Positions 14,001-25,479 of a stretch of 64,000 bases of DNA are shown here, in pieces. A program made the position numbers and the translations under genes. The notes beneath the pieces were generated by a model, which was given only the letters and a program-made list of their open reading frames with translations, made no database searches and was not told the origin of the DNA. How positions within the stretch are numbered: position 1 is the first letter of the stretch; every line of letters starts with the position of its first letter. The stretch is from Sphaerodactylus townsendi (taxonomy: Eukaryota). The stretch spans positions 150,536,001-150,600,000 of the forward strand of contig NC_059428.1 in NCBI RefSeq assembly GCF_021028975.2, read 5' to 3'.

Positions 14001-14179
14001 TCATTAAGTGCTGTACCTTATGATTCTTGACAAATGTATTTTTCTTTTATGTACACTGAGAGCATATGCACCAGAGACAAATTCCTTGTGTGTCCAATCA
14101 CACTTGGCCAATAAAGATTCTATTCTATTCTATTCTATTCTATTCTATTCTATTCTATTCTATTCTATTCTATTCTATT
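11016..14179 (+). mobile_element. Rex1/Babar-clade LINE, 5'-truncated and heavily frameshifted (APE endonuclease + reverse transcriptase)
   Basis: ALCFTETWL, GGGLCIYIN..WC and ILGDLN endonuclease motifs; DYRPVALTS.VMK.FERLV and KFADDTTVIGLI RT motifs; 3' UTR with aataaa and (CTATT)n tail. Confidence 0.9.
14117..14179 (+). repeat. (CTATT)n microsatellite, tail of the Rex1 LINE
   Basis: About 12 perfect pentamer units directly after aataaag. Confidence 0.95.
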
Positions 14180-14291
14180 AACAAATGGAGGTGGCCAAGG
14201 TGAGGGAGTAAACAGGCTCCTGAGCTTGGTTCTCAGTTTTGACCCTGAACTGTGTGCTCTCTCCTGCTATGGAGCAGTGGCAACAGTCAGT

Positions 14292-14516
14292 CGGGGTTTT
14301 TTTAAGGCAAGAGGCATTCGCAGGTGGTCGGCCATTTCCTGCCTCCACATCATACCCTTTTTATCCCTTCGAGGGCTCTCATCCAAATACTAGCCAGGGT
14401 CGAGGCTGAGAATGAGAGACTGGCCAAAAAATCACCCAGCAAGTTTCCACACCAGAGTGGAGATTCGAATCTGGATTTCCCAGACCTTGATCAGAAACTT
14501 TAACCGCTACACCACA
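14292..14516 (-). mobile_element. Chimeric tRNA/CORE + 5S + RTE-tail SINE (second copy)
   Basis: Minus strand: tgtggtgtagcggttaaag...gattcgaatc...tgggtgat...ctcagcct, then ccctggctagtatttggatgagag (5S), then ggcaggaaatggccgaccacct...cttgcctt. Confidence 0.7.
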
Positions 14517-16413
14517 ATACCCTTCTCTCTGTATGCAGCTACGGGGCTTTTGTTTCACTCACAGCGCTGGGTGCACATTGAGAATTCTTCCTGAGAATTC
14601 TTCCAGCTAAAATAGAGGCCGGCAATGGGTTGAAAACCTTGGTCATTTGGTACAAAGCCATCTGGTTTTTCATTTGTGAGTTATCCTACTATCTAAGTTG
14701 ATCTACAGGGTTGGAAATAAGTGGCCTGTGTTTTTTTTCCAAAAGATAAAACTCTCTTCCAGCAGCTGCTCTAGCTTCATATACACATGCAGCAGGACTT
14801 CCCTCTTGACTTTTGAGGAAAGGTGAAAACTCATCTCTCTGTTGAATCATAAATGGTTTTTTGTTCCAGCCTAAATAACAGCTGCTCCTTAACTTAATGA
14901 CCCACGAAGAAGAATAAGAAATTGGTCTATTATCTCTGCTTATCACAAGGTCCAGGGTGTCTCCCACAGAATGGCAAGCCATCCTCAGGTGTCAGTAGAT
15001 AACGTTAGAAAGGATAAAGAACAAAGAATGTTGAAAAGGCCTCAGAATTGAGAAGAGTGAAAGAATGTGGCAAGAACGGCTCCTCTTTAGCTCAATTTAA
15101 AAAATAGGATGGGAAAGTTAAACAGTCCAGTTCTACATTTTCAACCTTGCTAATTCGACTGCAGCAATTTATCTTGGCATGAATATTAAGTAACAGAAAA
15201 GGCATGACCTGATGGATTCCTGTCTGTCATGCACATGTTGAAGACATAGAGCCTCTATGGAGGAAAAGCGGCATCTGTTTCTCAGTCAGAAACGTTAACA
15301 TAAGCAGACAGGGAAGCAACTGAAAATACTGATTAAAATGCAAATTAATGAGCTCGATCTGCTTTAAAACTCCAAGGTTAGTCCCAGCAAATTACCAATA
15401 AGGGCAAATTAAATGAGCTTCGCACTCACCAGTGGAGAATTTTATACTTTCATAAATTGTATTACATTCTCATTTTAACCTTTAAGTTTCTAGAGTTCTA
15501 GCACACCCCATCCTGACTTCCACTGCCGTGGTATTTAGTATTTCAAACTGCAAGAGCTATCGCCCTATATACTTCATGGAAAAAATTCATTAATGCACGG
15601 TAAAGGTAAAAGCAGTCCTTTCACTAAAATGGGAACTGGAAGTGCAATGGAAAAGCCATCTGTCATTACTGGACAAGTTGTCCCCCTCCCCCCGCCCATC
15701 CCCCCCGATGCAAGACATTAAAAAAGGACAGACCTGTAAATGCATCAGAACTGTGACACATTAATATTTCAGGTGGTTATTGAACAAGCATTCTGTGTGA
15801 ATTTGAGTACGTGAAATAATTCCAGTTCTAATGAGACAGTCCAACAGAAAATCCTGGGACATGCTTAACAGCTGAAAAAACCCCACATATACTTGCTATG
15901 AAACATGTAGTGGTCCCTTCTGTTTTATCCTTTTTATTCTAGGGAACTTGAGGGGATCTTACGCTGAATTCTGTTCATGGTGTGCAAAATTTCAGAATAA
16001 AGATTCAGTTAACCAGCACTAATGTAAGAGCCCCCCCCCCCAGGGGATGGGGGGGGGAAACCTGCAAAACCATGTTGCAGGTACCAGGAGTCAAATCTTC
16101 ATCTCTTGTTTTATTTGCATTTGTTTACAAGCAGACACAACATGTCTGACAAGGAGAAACGGCACCACTCCATGTCGGTAGGCCTGGTCCTTTCACTGCC
16201 GCTGCCTCTCCCAGTAGATAGCAACTCTGCCTGTCCCAGCTAGGACATGCCTTGAAAATGCAAAAGGCTTGTCTGCTGGAGACATTGTCAGGCTTTCTGC
16301 ACCATGAGCAAGTTCTAAGGATTGGCGAGGAACCAGCGGTGCAGAAGGTTTGCAGGAAACAGTTAAAAGCACAAGGCAAAGAGGAGAGAAAAGGCAGGAG
16401 AGGCTCAACTTTT

Positions 16414-16523
16414 AGGCCCCTTTCGCACAATTGTTTGCAAGTGGATGTTGCTATTCCGCACAGCTGCAGAGTGCATTGAAAGTGGATTGAAAGTGCATTA
16501 CTGTGCATGTGTGGAAGAAGCCT
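16414..16523. mobile_element. PIF/Harbinger-like MITE
   Basis: Termini ggcccctttcgcaca...tgtgtggaagaagcc flanked by TTA; related copies at 28974 and 34808. Confidence 0.6.
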
Positions 16524-16907
16524 TAGTAAGCACAGATCTGCGTCTAGCACTCTAGCTAGAGGAAGGTGGAACAGTGGCACACTGGCAATGTCTCTGCTTT
16601 ACATTCAGATGAATACTAGTGCAAGATGAACCTGTACTTGTTCAATTGGATCTCTTGAGACACAGCGTGGGGACTTGTGGTGCTGAAAAGCAGACCCAAC
16701 ATTTTAACATCCCACAAACGGTTCCATTGAACCGCCTGAAGGACTTCTGGGCACGCCTCAAAATAGCCATCTATTGTAAGCAGGAAATGCACATTTTGGT
16801 TTCTGCATTATCTTTATGCCTTAATCAAGGTACTGCCAACGGAAGCTGTGCGATCAAATATTCTCAATGTAATTGTAATTGTAAGAGTGTAATTGACTGT
16901 GACTTAC

Positions 16908-17055
16908 ATTCTGCTGCTTGGGATGATCTTGTGGCCATCTCTAAACCAAGTCACTTGCGGTTGCGGGTAGCTAGAGATTTGTGGGAAGCTTAGGATGGCG
17001 GCTTGCCCTTGAGGCACCGTTGCCCTCTGGTCGACGTCCAGGAAATCCCCCATGT
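16908..17055 (-). CDS. SDK1: Sidekick-1 coding exon (equivalent to human exon 4), start of Ig domain 2
   Basis: ctgcag|ACATGGGG...AGAAT|gtaagt; encodes YMGDFLDVDQRATVPQGQAAILSFPQISSYPQPQVTWFRDGHKIIPSSR(I). 148 bp. Not captured by the ORF track. Confidence 0.97.
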
Positions 17056-17694
17056 CTGCAGAGAAAAGTCAGAATGCCAAAAAAAAGTTATTCTCCCAAA
17101 GTGTGTCATTTTTTTTTAAGGGTCAGAGAGAAGAATAATTATAGTTTATAGCAGTCATTGGCAACTCTGTAATTAAGCAATAAGATATCGCAGACCTTGT
17201 GGTTGTGCTGATGAGAGCAGGTTTGGGGATGTGTAGCGAGGCATAAGGCAAAGCCCAGTGACTCTAGGACACCAAGGAAATGCCTCTGTCAGCACACTGT
17301 GGCAGGCTCATTTCCCAGGATAGGCCATCGGCTCCTCCGCCCGGCTCAAAACAGATGGGTTTAAAATGGCAGAGGAGCCTTTGAAATTTTACTGTCTTGT
17401 AAGACAGAGCAGTGATGCTAGAAAACTGAGATGAAGACTCAGGCAGGGAAGAGACACCCTGAAGGTGATGAAGTTCAGTTGGGATGTGGAGTCAGAGGAA
17501 AGGGTGTGAGACCAGGAAGAGAGTTGCACGGGAGCTCGAAAATGCAGCAGTGGCTGAAAGGGTGGGAAGGACATTGACCGGACTCCTAGAATATTAGAAA
17601 GCATGGCCACTTAATTGACAAGGGCTTTATGACAACTCCTCTTCCAAGGATCAAAGGAATTTTGAAGGCAAGTTGGTTCTTTAGTCCAAAGACA

Positions 17695-17956
17695 CCAACC
17701 AATAGCTTTCAAAGGGTCTTGGACAGATTGATGGAGGAGAAGTCGATCTACGGCTACCAATCCTGATCCTCCTTGATCTGAGATTGCAAATGCCTTAGCA
17801 AACCAGGTGCTTGGGAGTAGCAGCAGCAGCAGAAGGCCATTGCTTTCACATCCTGCCTGTGAGCTCCCAAAGGCATCTGCTGGGCCACTGCGAGTAGCAG
17901 AGTGCTGGACTAGATGGGCTCTGGTCTGATCCAGCAGGCTCTTTCTTATGTTCTTA
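17695..17956 (+). mobile_element. CR1 LINE 3' terminal fragment
   Basis: Closely similar to 19525-19780; ends ggtctgatccagcagg...ttcttatgttctta. Confidence 0.85.
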
Positions 17957-18126
17957 ATATTAATGGATAAAAGGGGGAATCAAGGAGGCCATTTTATGAC
18001 CTCAGTATCAACATTGTCACCACTTTTGTTCAACGGTACATCTTCTTTACATTCACAGCTTAAGAGAGCTGTCCCTTTGAGTCTACGATGGCGTAGACTG
18101 CATTCATCCAAGATTGCATTCATCCA

Positions 18127-19780
18127 GATTGCATTCATCCAAGAGTTCTTAAAGAGCTCAAGCATGAAATTGCTGATCTTCTCACTTTAATATGCAACTT
18201 ATCCCTGAAATCTGCCTCCATCCCTGAAGACTGGAAGATGGCCAATGTCACACCAATCTTTAAGAAAGGGTCTAGGGGGGGACCCAGGAAATTACAGGTC
18301 AGTCAGTTTGACATCTGTTCCTGGTAAATTAGTAGAATCTACCATTAAAGACAAAATTATTAAACATGTAGAAAAGCAAGACCTGCTGAGAAAGAGTCAG
18401 CATGGCTTTTGCAGAGCCAAGTTCTGTCTTACAAACTTACTAGAGTTCTTTGAGGGTGTAAACAGGCATGTGGATAAGGGGGAACCAGTGGACATTGTCT
18501 ACTTGGATTTCCAAAAGGCTTTTGACAAAGTTCCTCACCAGAGACTGTTGAGAAAACTCAGCAATGAAGGAATAAGAGGGGAAGTCCTCCTATGGATTAA
18601 AAACTGGTTGAGGAATAGGAAACAAAGGGTGGGTATAAAAGGGAAGTTCTCACAATGGAGAGATGTCGGGAGTGGTGTCCCCCAAGGATCTGTATTGGCA
18701 CCAGTGCTCTTTAACCTATTCATAAATGACCTGGAAGTAGGGGTGGGTAGCGTGGTGGCCACGTTTGCAGATGATACCAAATTATGTAAGGTGGTCAGAA
18801 CCACAAAGGATTGCGAAGAGCTCCAAGCGGACCTTGATAGGTGAGTGGGCTAAGAAATGGCAAATGAAGTAAGAAATGGCAAATGTAGCAAAATGCAAAG
18901 TGATGCAGATAGGGGCAAAAAATCCAAACTTCACATAGACGCTACAAGGGTCAGTGCTATCAGTCACAGACCAGGAAAGGGATTTGGGCGTCTTAGTTGA
19001 TAGTTCCATGGGAATGTCAACTCAATGCATGGCAGCTGTGAAAAAGGCAAACTCTATGCTGGGGATCATTAGGAAAGGAATTGATAATAAAACTGCAAGG
19101 ATTGTCATGCCCTTATATATAAAGAAGCGGTGAAGATGCTGACCGCGCCAGGAATTTTGTGTTCAGTTCTGGTCACCACATCTCAAAAAGGATATCGAAG
19201 AGATAGAAAAAGTGCAGAGAAGGGCAACGAGGATGATTGAAGGATTGGAGCACCTTCCTTATGAGGAGAAGCTGCAGCGTTTGGGACTCTTTAGTTTGGA
19301 GAGGAGACGTCTGAGGGGATATGATTGAAGCCTATAAAATTATGCATGGGGCAGAAAATGTTGACAGAGAGAAATTTTTCTCTCTTTCTCACAATACTAG
19401 AACCAGGGGGCATTCAATGAAAATGCTGGCGGGAAGAATTAGGACTAATAAAAGGAAACACTTCTTCACACAACGTGTGATTGGTGTTTGGAATATGCTG
19501 CCACAGGAGGTGGTGATGGCCACTAACCTGGATAGCTTTAAAAAGGACAGATTTATGGAGGAGAAGTCGATCTATGGCTACCAATCTTGATCCTCCTTGA
19601 TCTCAGATTGCAAATGCCTTAGCAGACCAGGTGGTCAGGAACAGCAGCAGCAGCAGGCCATTGCTTTTACGTCCTGCATGCGAGCTCCCAAAGGCACCTG
19701 GTGGGCCACTGCGAGTAGCAGAGTGCTGGACTAGATGGACTCTGGTCTGATCCAGCAGGCTAGTTCTTATGTTCTTATGT
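18127..19780 (+). mobile_element. CR1 LINE, 5'-truncated, containing the RT domain (disrupted)
   Basis: ORF 18245-18844: NYRSVSLTSVPGK, QHGF, YLDFQKAFDKVPH, GVPQGSVL, FADD; C-terminal TRGH/FFTQRV..VWN.LP; (TTCTTATG)n tail. Confidence 0.95.
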
Positions 19781-20061
19781 TGTGGTTAAGAGCAGGTGCA
19801 TTCTAATCTGGAGGAACCGGGTTTGATTCCCCGCTCTGCCGCTTGAGCTGTGGAGGCTTATCTGGGGAAATCAGATTAGCCTGTGCACTCCCACACACAT
19901 CAGCTGGGTGATCTTGGGCTATTCACAGCTTTTCAGAGCTCTCTCAGCCCCACCTAACTCACAGGGTGTTTGTTGTGAGGGGGGAAGGGCAAGGAGATTG
20001 TAAACCCCTTTGAGTCTCCTACAGGAGAGAAAGGGGGATATAAATCCAAACTCTTCTTCTT
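19781..20061 (+). mobile_element. Squam3-type SINE abutting the CR1 tail
   Basis: Multicopy SINE sequence ending tcttcttc. Confidence 0.88.
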
Positions 20062-20367
20062 CCCTTGATCAGGAGTTTGTCAGCTGGCCCTACTTCACCC
20101 AGTTCGGAGCAGTTCGGGCTCTCCTTGTCTGTTCCTCTTGGACCCCAGTCCTAGTCAGGGCCTCTCTTTTCCTCGAGAGGTGCCTCTGCTCCTCCATTGA
20201 GCAAGTTGTCTCCAAGTGAGTCTCTCCCAGCTAGCCTCCTTTCCTTCAGTCCTTCCTCCTCACTCTCAGCTGGGCGTGCCTCCTATCAGGTTCCACCCTG
20301 GGGAAGAAGAAGCTGCCTCACCCTCACTGTTTAAAAACTCAGCCAGATTGGCAAAAGACACAGGAGC

Positions 20368-20531
20368 TAGAGATGTCAGCCTCCAAGTGAGACCTGGGGA
20401 ATTAGAGGCCACCTACAGATGATGAAGATCTGTTCCCATGGAGAAAATAAAGGCATTGTGCCCCAAACAGTCCTCCCCAGGTTCCATTCTCAAATCTCTA
20501 GGAGTTTCCCAGTCTGGGTCTGGCAATCCTA
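20368..20531. mobile_element. Degenerate hAT-like MITE (tagggttgcca-type ends)
   Basis: Right end tctggcaatccta; decayed left end tagagatgtcagcctcc. Confidence 0.5.
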
Positions 20532-21649
20532 ACTGGGGCCTACATATTCAAGGCCCAGGCCATTCACAAAAAAATTATGGTGTGAGGGAGCCATCAAGCT
20601 TTGCAGCCACATATATGAACTGCAAAGGATTCTTGCAGTATTTTGAAAGTGGAGTGTTGTTTTATTTTTTAAGAATCATGAGAAGAAATTTTGCAGGTTC
20701 CAATATAATTAACACTTACGATTCACAAAAAATCCATATTTTTGTTTAATCAGATTACCTACTTTAAAAGAATTATTGAACCATGCAAGTAGTTCTAATT
20801 AACCCCATTGTTACACGAGCGGTTCAGCTTTCATATTTCAGACGATTTCTAATTAAGAATTGTTCGCCAATTCTTGCGTGCCTCTGTTTGCATTAATTTA
20901 CAACTCAGTTAATTATTTTGGGAGCAGAATATACTGCCGACGCATAGACATTAGCTGAGAATTAAAAATGTTATGCCCTTCTAGGTATACTATGATTTTA
21001 CGGAATAACATTTCACATTGCAAATGAAAAGGACATAGCATGTAGGTGCCAATTTCCACACTGAATGTGTTATTTAATGGGGAAGAAGATGTGTTGTAAA
21101 CATGTTGCACTTTACTTATGGAATATAAGACGAATATAAGACTGGTAAGGGAAAAAAATCTGAATATTTAATTACCTTTTTGTCTGATCTAAAAATAGTG
21201 AAGCGCCTACACTAGAGTCCAGTTTTATTTATAACATCCTGTGTGGGAGCAAATTTTGAAGTTAGCTGAAAGACCTGTTTATGAGGATACCTAAAGTGAC
21301 CATCTCTGAGGACCAAACTAGATATTACTGCATCCAAAGTTCTGGTTCAAGGTTGCCCGCCACTTGAGAGAAGAATCGGGCTGTTTAAAAATGTTGCCAA
21401 CAGCCCAAACCATGTTAAAACTGCAGTGTGGTTGGACCAAGCAACCTTGTCGCCCCCCCGCCCCCCATCCCTGCAATCACCTTTTCAAGTCCCAGGACAG
21501 CCCCTCGTAATGGTTGAACTCTTTTCTAAGATGGCATCCTTGGGTCAACCTGAGCTAAATGCCGGGAACAATGCTTAACTGAGATAAACCATTTAGTCCT
21601 CAACTAAGTGACCCTCCCTCCATTTAATCCACTAAATGCAATGTACACA

Positions 21650-21742
21650 GAAGAAGAAGAAGAAGAAGAAGAAGAAGAAGAAGAAGAAGAAGAAGAAGAA
21701 GAAGAAGAAGAAGAAGAAGAAGAAGAAGAAGAAGAAGAAGAA
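21650..21742 (+). repeat. (GAA)31 trinucleotide microsatellite
   Basis: Uninterrupted GAA tract of 93 bp forming the SINE tail. Confidence 0.97.
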
Positions 21743-22020
21743 GAGTTGGCTTTATATCCCCCCCCCTCTCCTGTAAGGAGATTCAAAGGGGCTTTCAAGC
21801 TCCTTTCCTTTTCCCCCTCACAACAAACACCTTGTGAGGTAGGTGGGGCTGAGAGAGCTCCGAAGAACTCTGACTAGTCCAAGGTCACCCTGCTGGTGTG
21901 AGTTGGAGTGCACAAGCTAATCTGGTTCCCCGGATAAGCCTCCACAGCTCAAGTGGCAGAGCAGGGAATCAAACCCAGTTCTCCAGATTAGAGTGCACCT
22001 GCTCTTAACCACTACGCCAC
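21650..22020 (-). mobile_element. Squam3-type SINE with expanded tail
   Basis: Reverse copy; cacagaag present at both ends (probable TSD). Confidence 0.9.
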
Positions 22021-23627
22021 AGAAGTTACATAAGGGTTATCTCTGCTGAGAATTGCTCTGTAATCCTGTAGGGAACTCCTATTGCAAACGGAGAGGAAAC
22101 AGAGCAGCACCTTGGGTTCAGGGTCAGATTTTGGTATCTTGAACTTGGTTAAGAGATGCCCCTCACACCCCTGAACCAGCCCAGCTTGCTGTTGGCTAGT
22201 CCACGGAAACGTGGGGTGACTCCATAGCCAAGTCAACTTTCTCCCCAGGATGCGCTGGATAATAACTGCAGGACAGAAGTGGAAATGAACAGCTAACTGT
22301 AAGAGTTAATGGCTGCCTGGTCATTTTGCACCCTCTTAGACTATCATTCTTGATGCTAACGCTAATGTTAAGCAGCGGGGGGGGGGGGGATAAGTTCAGC
22401 ACATTTTTTGTGTACGATACATCTCTCCTCCGTTTAATCGCTTCCTTGTAAATGCTCATGTCTAATAAAGAATTCCATTCACTGACTTCATCTTCCTGCC
22501 ATTTATCAAATGACAGTCACTGCAGCTGACCTTCCAAGTTAAGTGCCCCCAGGAACAATAATCAAAGCCTCAGACAGAGACGTGTGGGGTATAAACAAAT
22601 ACCGAAACTTCATTTCGCTTGTGACAGTTCCACTTTCTTTTCTAGAGGCAGGGAATACGGAAGGGGTGGGCAGAGCTTCCTGTCAACGTGTCAGGGATCG
22701 AGCGTTAGCGTCTTCGCTCTTAGGGGAGCATCTCTGAATCCTTCCTCAGTAAAAATGTGAACATTTTCAAATTCTCCAGAACTCTGGATCAGGCTGGTAG
22801 TTTTTAAAAAAGTAAAAGGTATTTCAGTCCACGAACCTAGGGGCGGTCAGTTTCAGGCACCCTAGGATTTCTGGGAGGAACAAAAGAAAAACCCACATAG
22901 CCCCCAATATCATGCATAGAAACCATATTGCGTGGTTTTTTAAATTGCTCCCCACCCATCCCTATTTTTAAAGATCCAGATTTATTTAGAGTTCTGGAGA
23001 ACCTGAAAGCTGGCATACAGTTTTTCTGTCGTTTTGGGTGACTGTTTTGGGGTGATTTTGTTTTTGGACTAATACGGCTATCCGGAACTGTCATCTATCT
23101 ACAAAGACTAATTTAGAAACAATCAAACTCACAACATAAAAGAAACTCACTTTTTAAAAAAATATTCCTTGACAAATTTAATCTAAATTAAAAAAAAAAG
23201 TTTTAAGAAACGGTCCCAGTTATGTTTCCTGGACGATGTAATTATTACATAGAGGCAGATGGGAAATCCAGTCCTATTTTACCATTCTAATCAGGTAGCA
23301 TTTATAATTGAAAAAAATCCACACACACAGGCAGATGAAAGTCAAGCATCGAATCACAGGTCATGTTTGACAGTTCCTCCAATGTGAAGTCTGGATATAT
23401 AAGCCCTCCAGGAGTTGGCTTGCTTGGTCTTTGACTTTGGATTGTAAGATGCTTGGCTATCAACCAACTGATTGATTTTCAGGTATGAGTATGCTGGACT
23501 TAAAAGTTGACATCTGCTTTAGTCCCTTTGTGTGAGCATACTTAAAAGCTTCTCGGGTTCTCCACAATAACAGGACCCTTCTCATCCTGGGTGTTCTAGC
23601 CTGCCATCCATTTTGTAGCTTTCTTTG

Positions 23628-23925
23628 AGAAGAAGAAGAAGAGTTTGGATTTATATCCCATCTTTCTCTCCTGTAAGGAGATTCAAAGGGGCTTACAAGC
23701 TCCTTTCCCTTCCCCCGCCCCACAACAAACACCCTGTGAGGTGGGTGGGGCTGAGAGAGCTCCAAAGAACTATGACTAGCCCAAGGTCACCCAGCAGGAA
23801 TGTGCTGGAGTGCAGAAGCTAATTTGGTTCACCAGATAAGCCTCCACAGCTCAAGTGGCAGAGCGGGGAATCAAACCTGATTCTCCAGATTAGAGTGCAC
23901 CTGCTCTTAACTATTACACCAAGCT
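23628..23925 (-). mobile_element. Squam3-type SINE
   Basis: Reverse copy with short GAA tail. Confidence 0.9.
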
Positions 23926-24099
23926 GGATGAATGAAAGAAACAGATACCAGGTAGGATTAGTCATGCTTGCTGGGGAGGAAGTAGAGCCTGAAACTGGTA
24001 TAACCTCTTCTATTTCAGGGATAGCAGAACAGGTCTGCACCAGTGGACAAACCTAACAGTCAGCAGTCTTCCCATTTAGGGAGGGTTTAAAAAAATGGG

Positions 24100-24278
24100 T
24101 TTGCTGGGCGCCCGATTCAATTTTAAACTTGTATTAACCACTGTTTTAAATGGGGAGCTAGTAATTTATTTATATTGGATCTTAATTGTTTAGTTTTGAT
24201 TGTACTTAGCCGAATTGTGGTTTAACTTTGTTGTACGCCGCCCAGAGCCCTTCGGGGATAGGGCGGGATATAAAACTA

Positions 24279-24317
<39 letters not shown>
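24100..24317 (+). mobile_element. L2-like LINE 3' end with (CAAT)n tail
   Basis: ttgtacgccgcccagagcccttcggggatagggcgg stem-loop followed by about 8-9 CAAT units. Confidence 0.7.
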
Positions 24318-24319
<2 letters not shown>

Positions 24320-24329
24320 AAAGCTAGCT

Positions 24330-24431
24330 CAGGGGTCTGCAACCTGCCACCTGCCAATTGGCCATGCTGGCAAGGGCTGATGGGAATTGTAGTCCATGAA
24401 CATCTGGAGAGCCACAGGTTGCAGACCCCTG
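24330..24431. mobile_element. URR1-like hAT-Charlie MITE, internally deleted
   Basis: TIR caggggtctgcaacctg / caggttgcagacccctg; shares the gctgatgggaattgtagtcc core with the 48521 copy. Confidence 0.8.
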
Positions 24432-24514
24432 AGTTAGAATATGCTCACCCAGGGAAAAAAAAAACTCAGGAAATTTTGTTAGGGAATTTCTGAACAAATA
24501 CCATGTATACATAC

Positions 24515-24621
24515 ATGCAACTTGGACTTCTGATTTTCTTTGCAAAAGTGCCCCCATTCTGTTCCTCACCACACACTGATAAAAGCCAGCATCAGATCTT
24601 CGCAAGGAAGGGATGACATAT
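24515..24621 (-). CDS. SDK1: Sidekick-1 coding exon (equivalent to human exon 3), C-terminal part of Ig domain 1
   Basis: ttacag|ATATGTC...GTTGCAT|gtatgt; encodes [35 protein letters not shown]. 107 bp, in frame with both flanking exons (AA|A = Lys, T|AC = Tyr). Confidence 0.97.
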
Positions 24622-25179
24622 CTGTAAGATACAAAGAGTCACAGTTATAACATAAAGCAGTGGTGCTCATTCAGTGGCTCGGGTGCCACGTGTGGCTGTT
24701 TGATAATGCCACCAGAACCAGTTTTAAAACAGTTATATGCATAGGAAGCTTGCGTCTTAGCCACTCCAAACAATGCTGGTTTCTACTACCTGTTGTTACT
24801 TTTTACACAGTGTACTGCACCTTTATCAGTGGATAAATGACGATTCCCCAGCTATGTTACAGTTCTGTTTAATGTGATATCCCATGCTGGACAGAAGCAA
24901 TAATTATATAACATTCCATATATGAGAAAAATATATAAACATACAGAATTGTGCACTTCCTGCCACTCAACATTCCTTCATCAACAGGGCACGGGAAAAT
25001 AGTGAGGTAGCACTCTCTCCTGGTTCCTTCCACGTTGAGATTTGGCTCCATTTTGTCGTTCAAACTGGAGTGGGGCTTCTTTGAGCATTCGCATGACATC
25101 GTCCCCTGATCAGGATTTTCACTAATTTATCCCCATCCTTAAAGCTTCAAACGTAAGCTGTGGTATCAAATATTTTCAA

Positions 25180-25479
25180 CAGAAGAAGAAGAGTTTTGGA
25201 TTTATATCCCCCTTTCTCTCCAGTAGGGAAACTCAAAGGGGCTTACAAACTCCTTTCCCTTCCCCCCCACAACAAACACACTGTGAGGTAGGTGGGGCTG
25301 AGAGAGCTCCGAGAAGCTGTGACTAGCCCAAGGTCACCCAGCTGGCGTGTGTGGGAGTGCACAGGCTAATCGGAATTCCACAGATAAGCCTCCACAGCTC
25401 AGACGGCAGAGCTGGGAATCAAACCCGGTTCCTCCAGATTAGATACATGAGCTCTTAACCTCCTACGCCACTGCTGCTC
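25180..25479 (-). mobile_element. Squam3-type SINE
   Basis: Full-length reverse copy. Confidence 0.9.

Noticed and set aside
21604-21877. Poly-Glu and poly-Ser ORFs
   Set aside because: Translations of the (GAA)n SINE tail.
24324-24605. The 93-aa ORF as a standalone gene
   Set aside because: Only 24515-24605 overlaps the exon; the rest reads through the GT donor into intron and a MITE.
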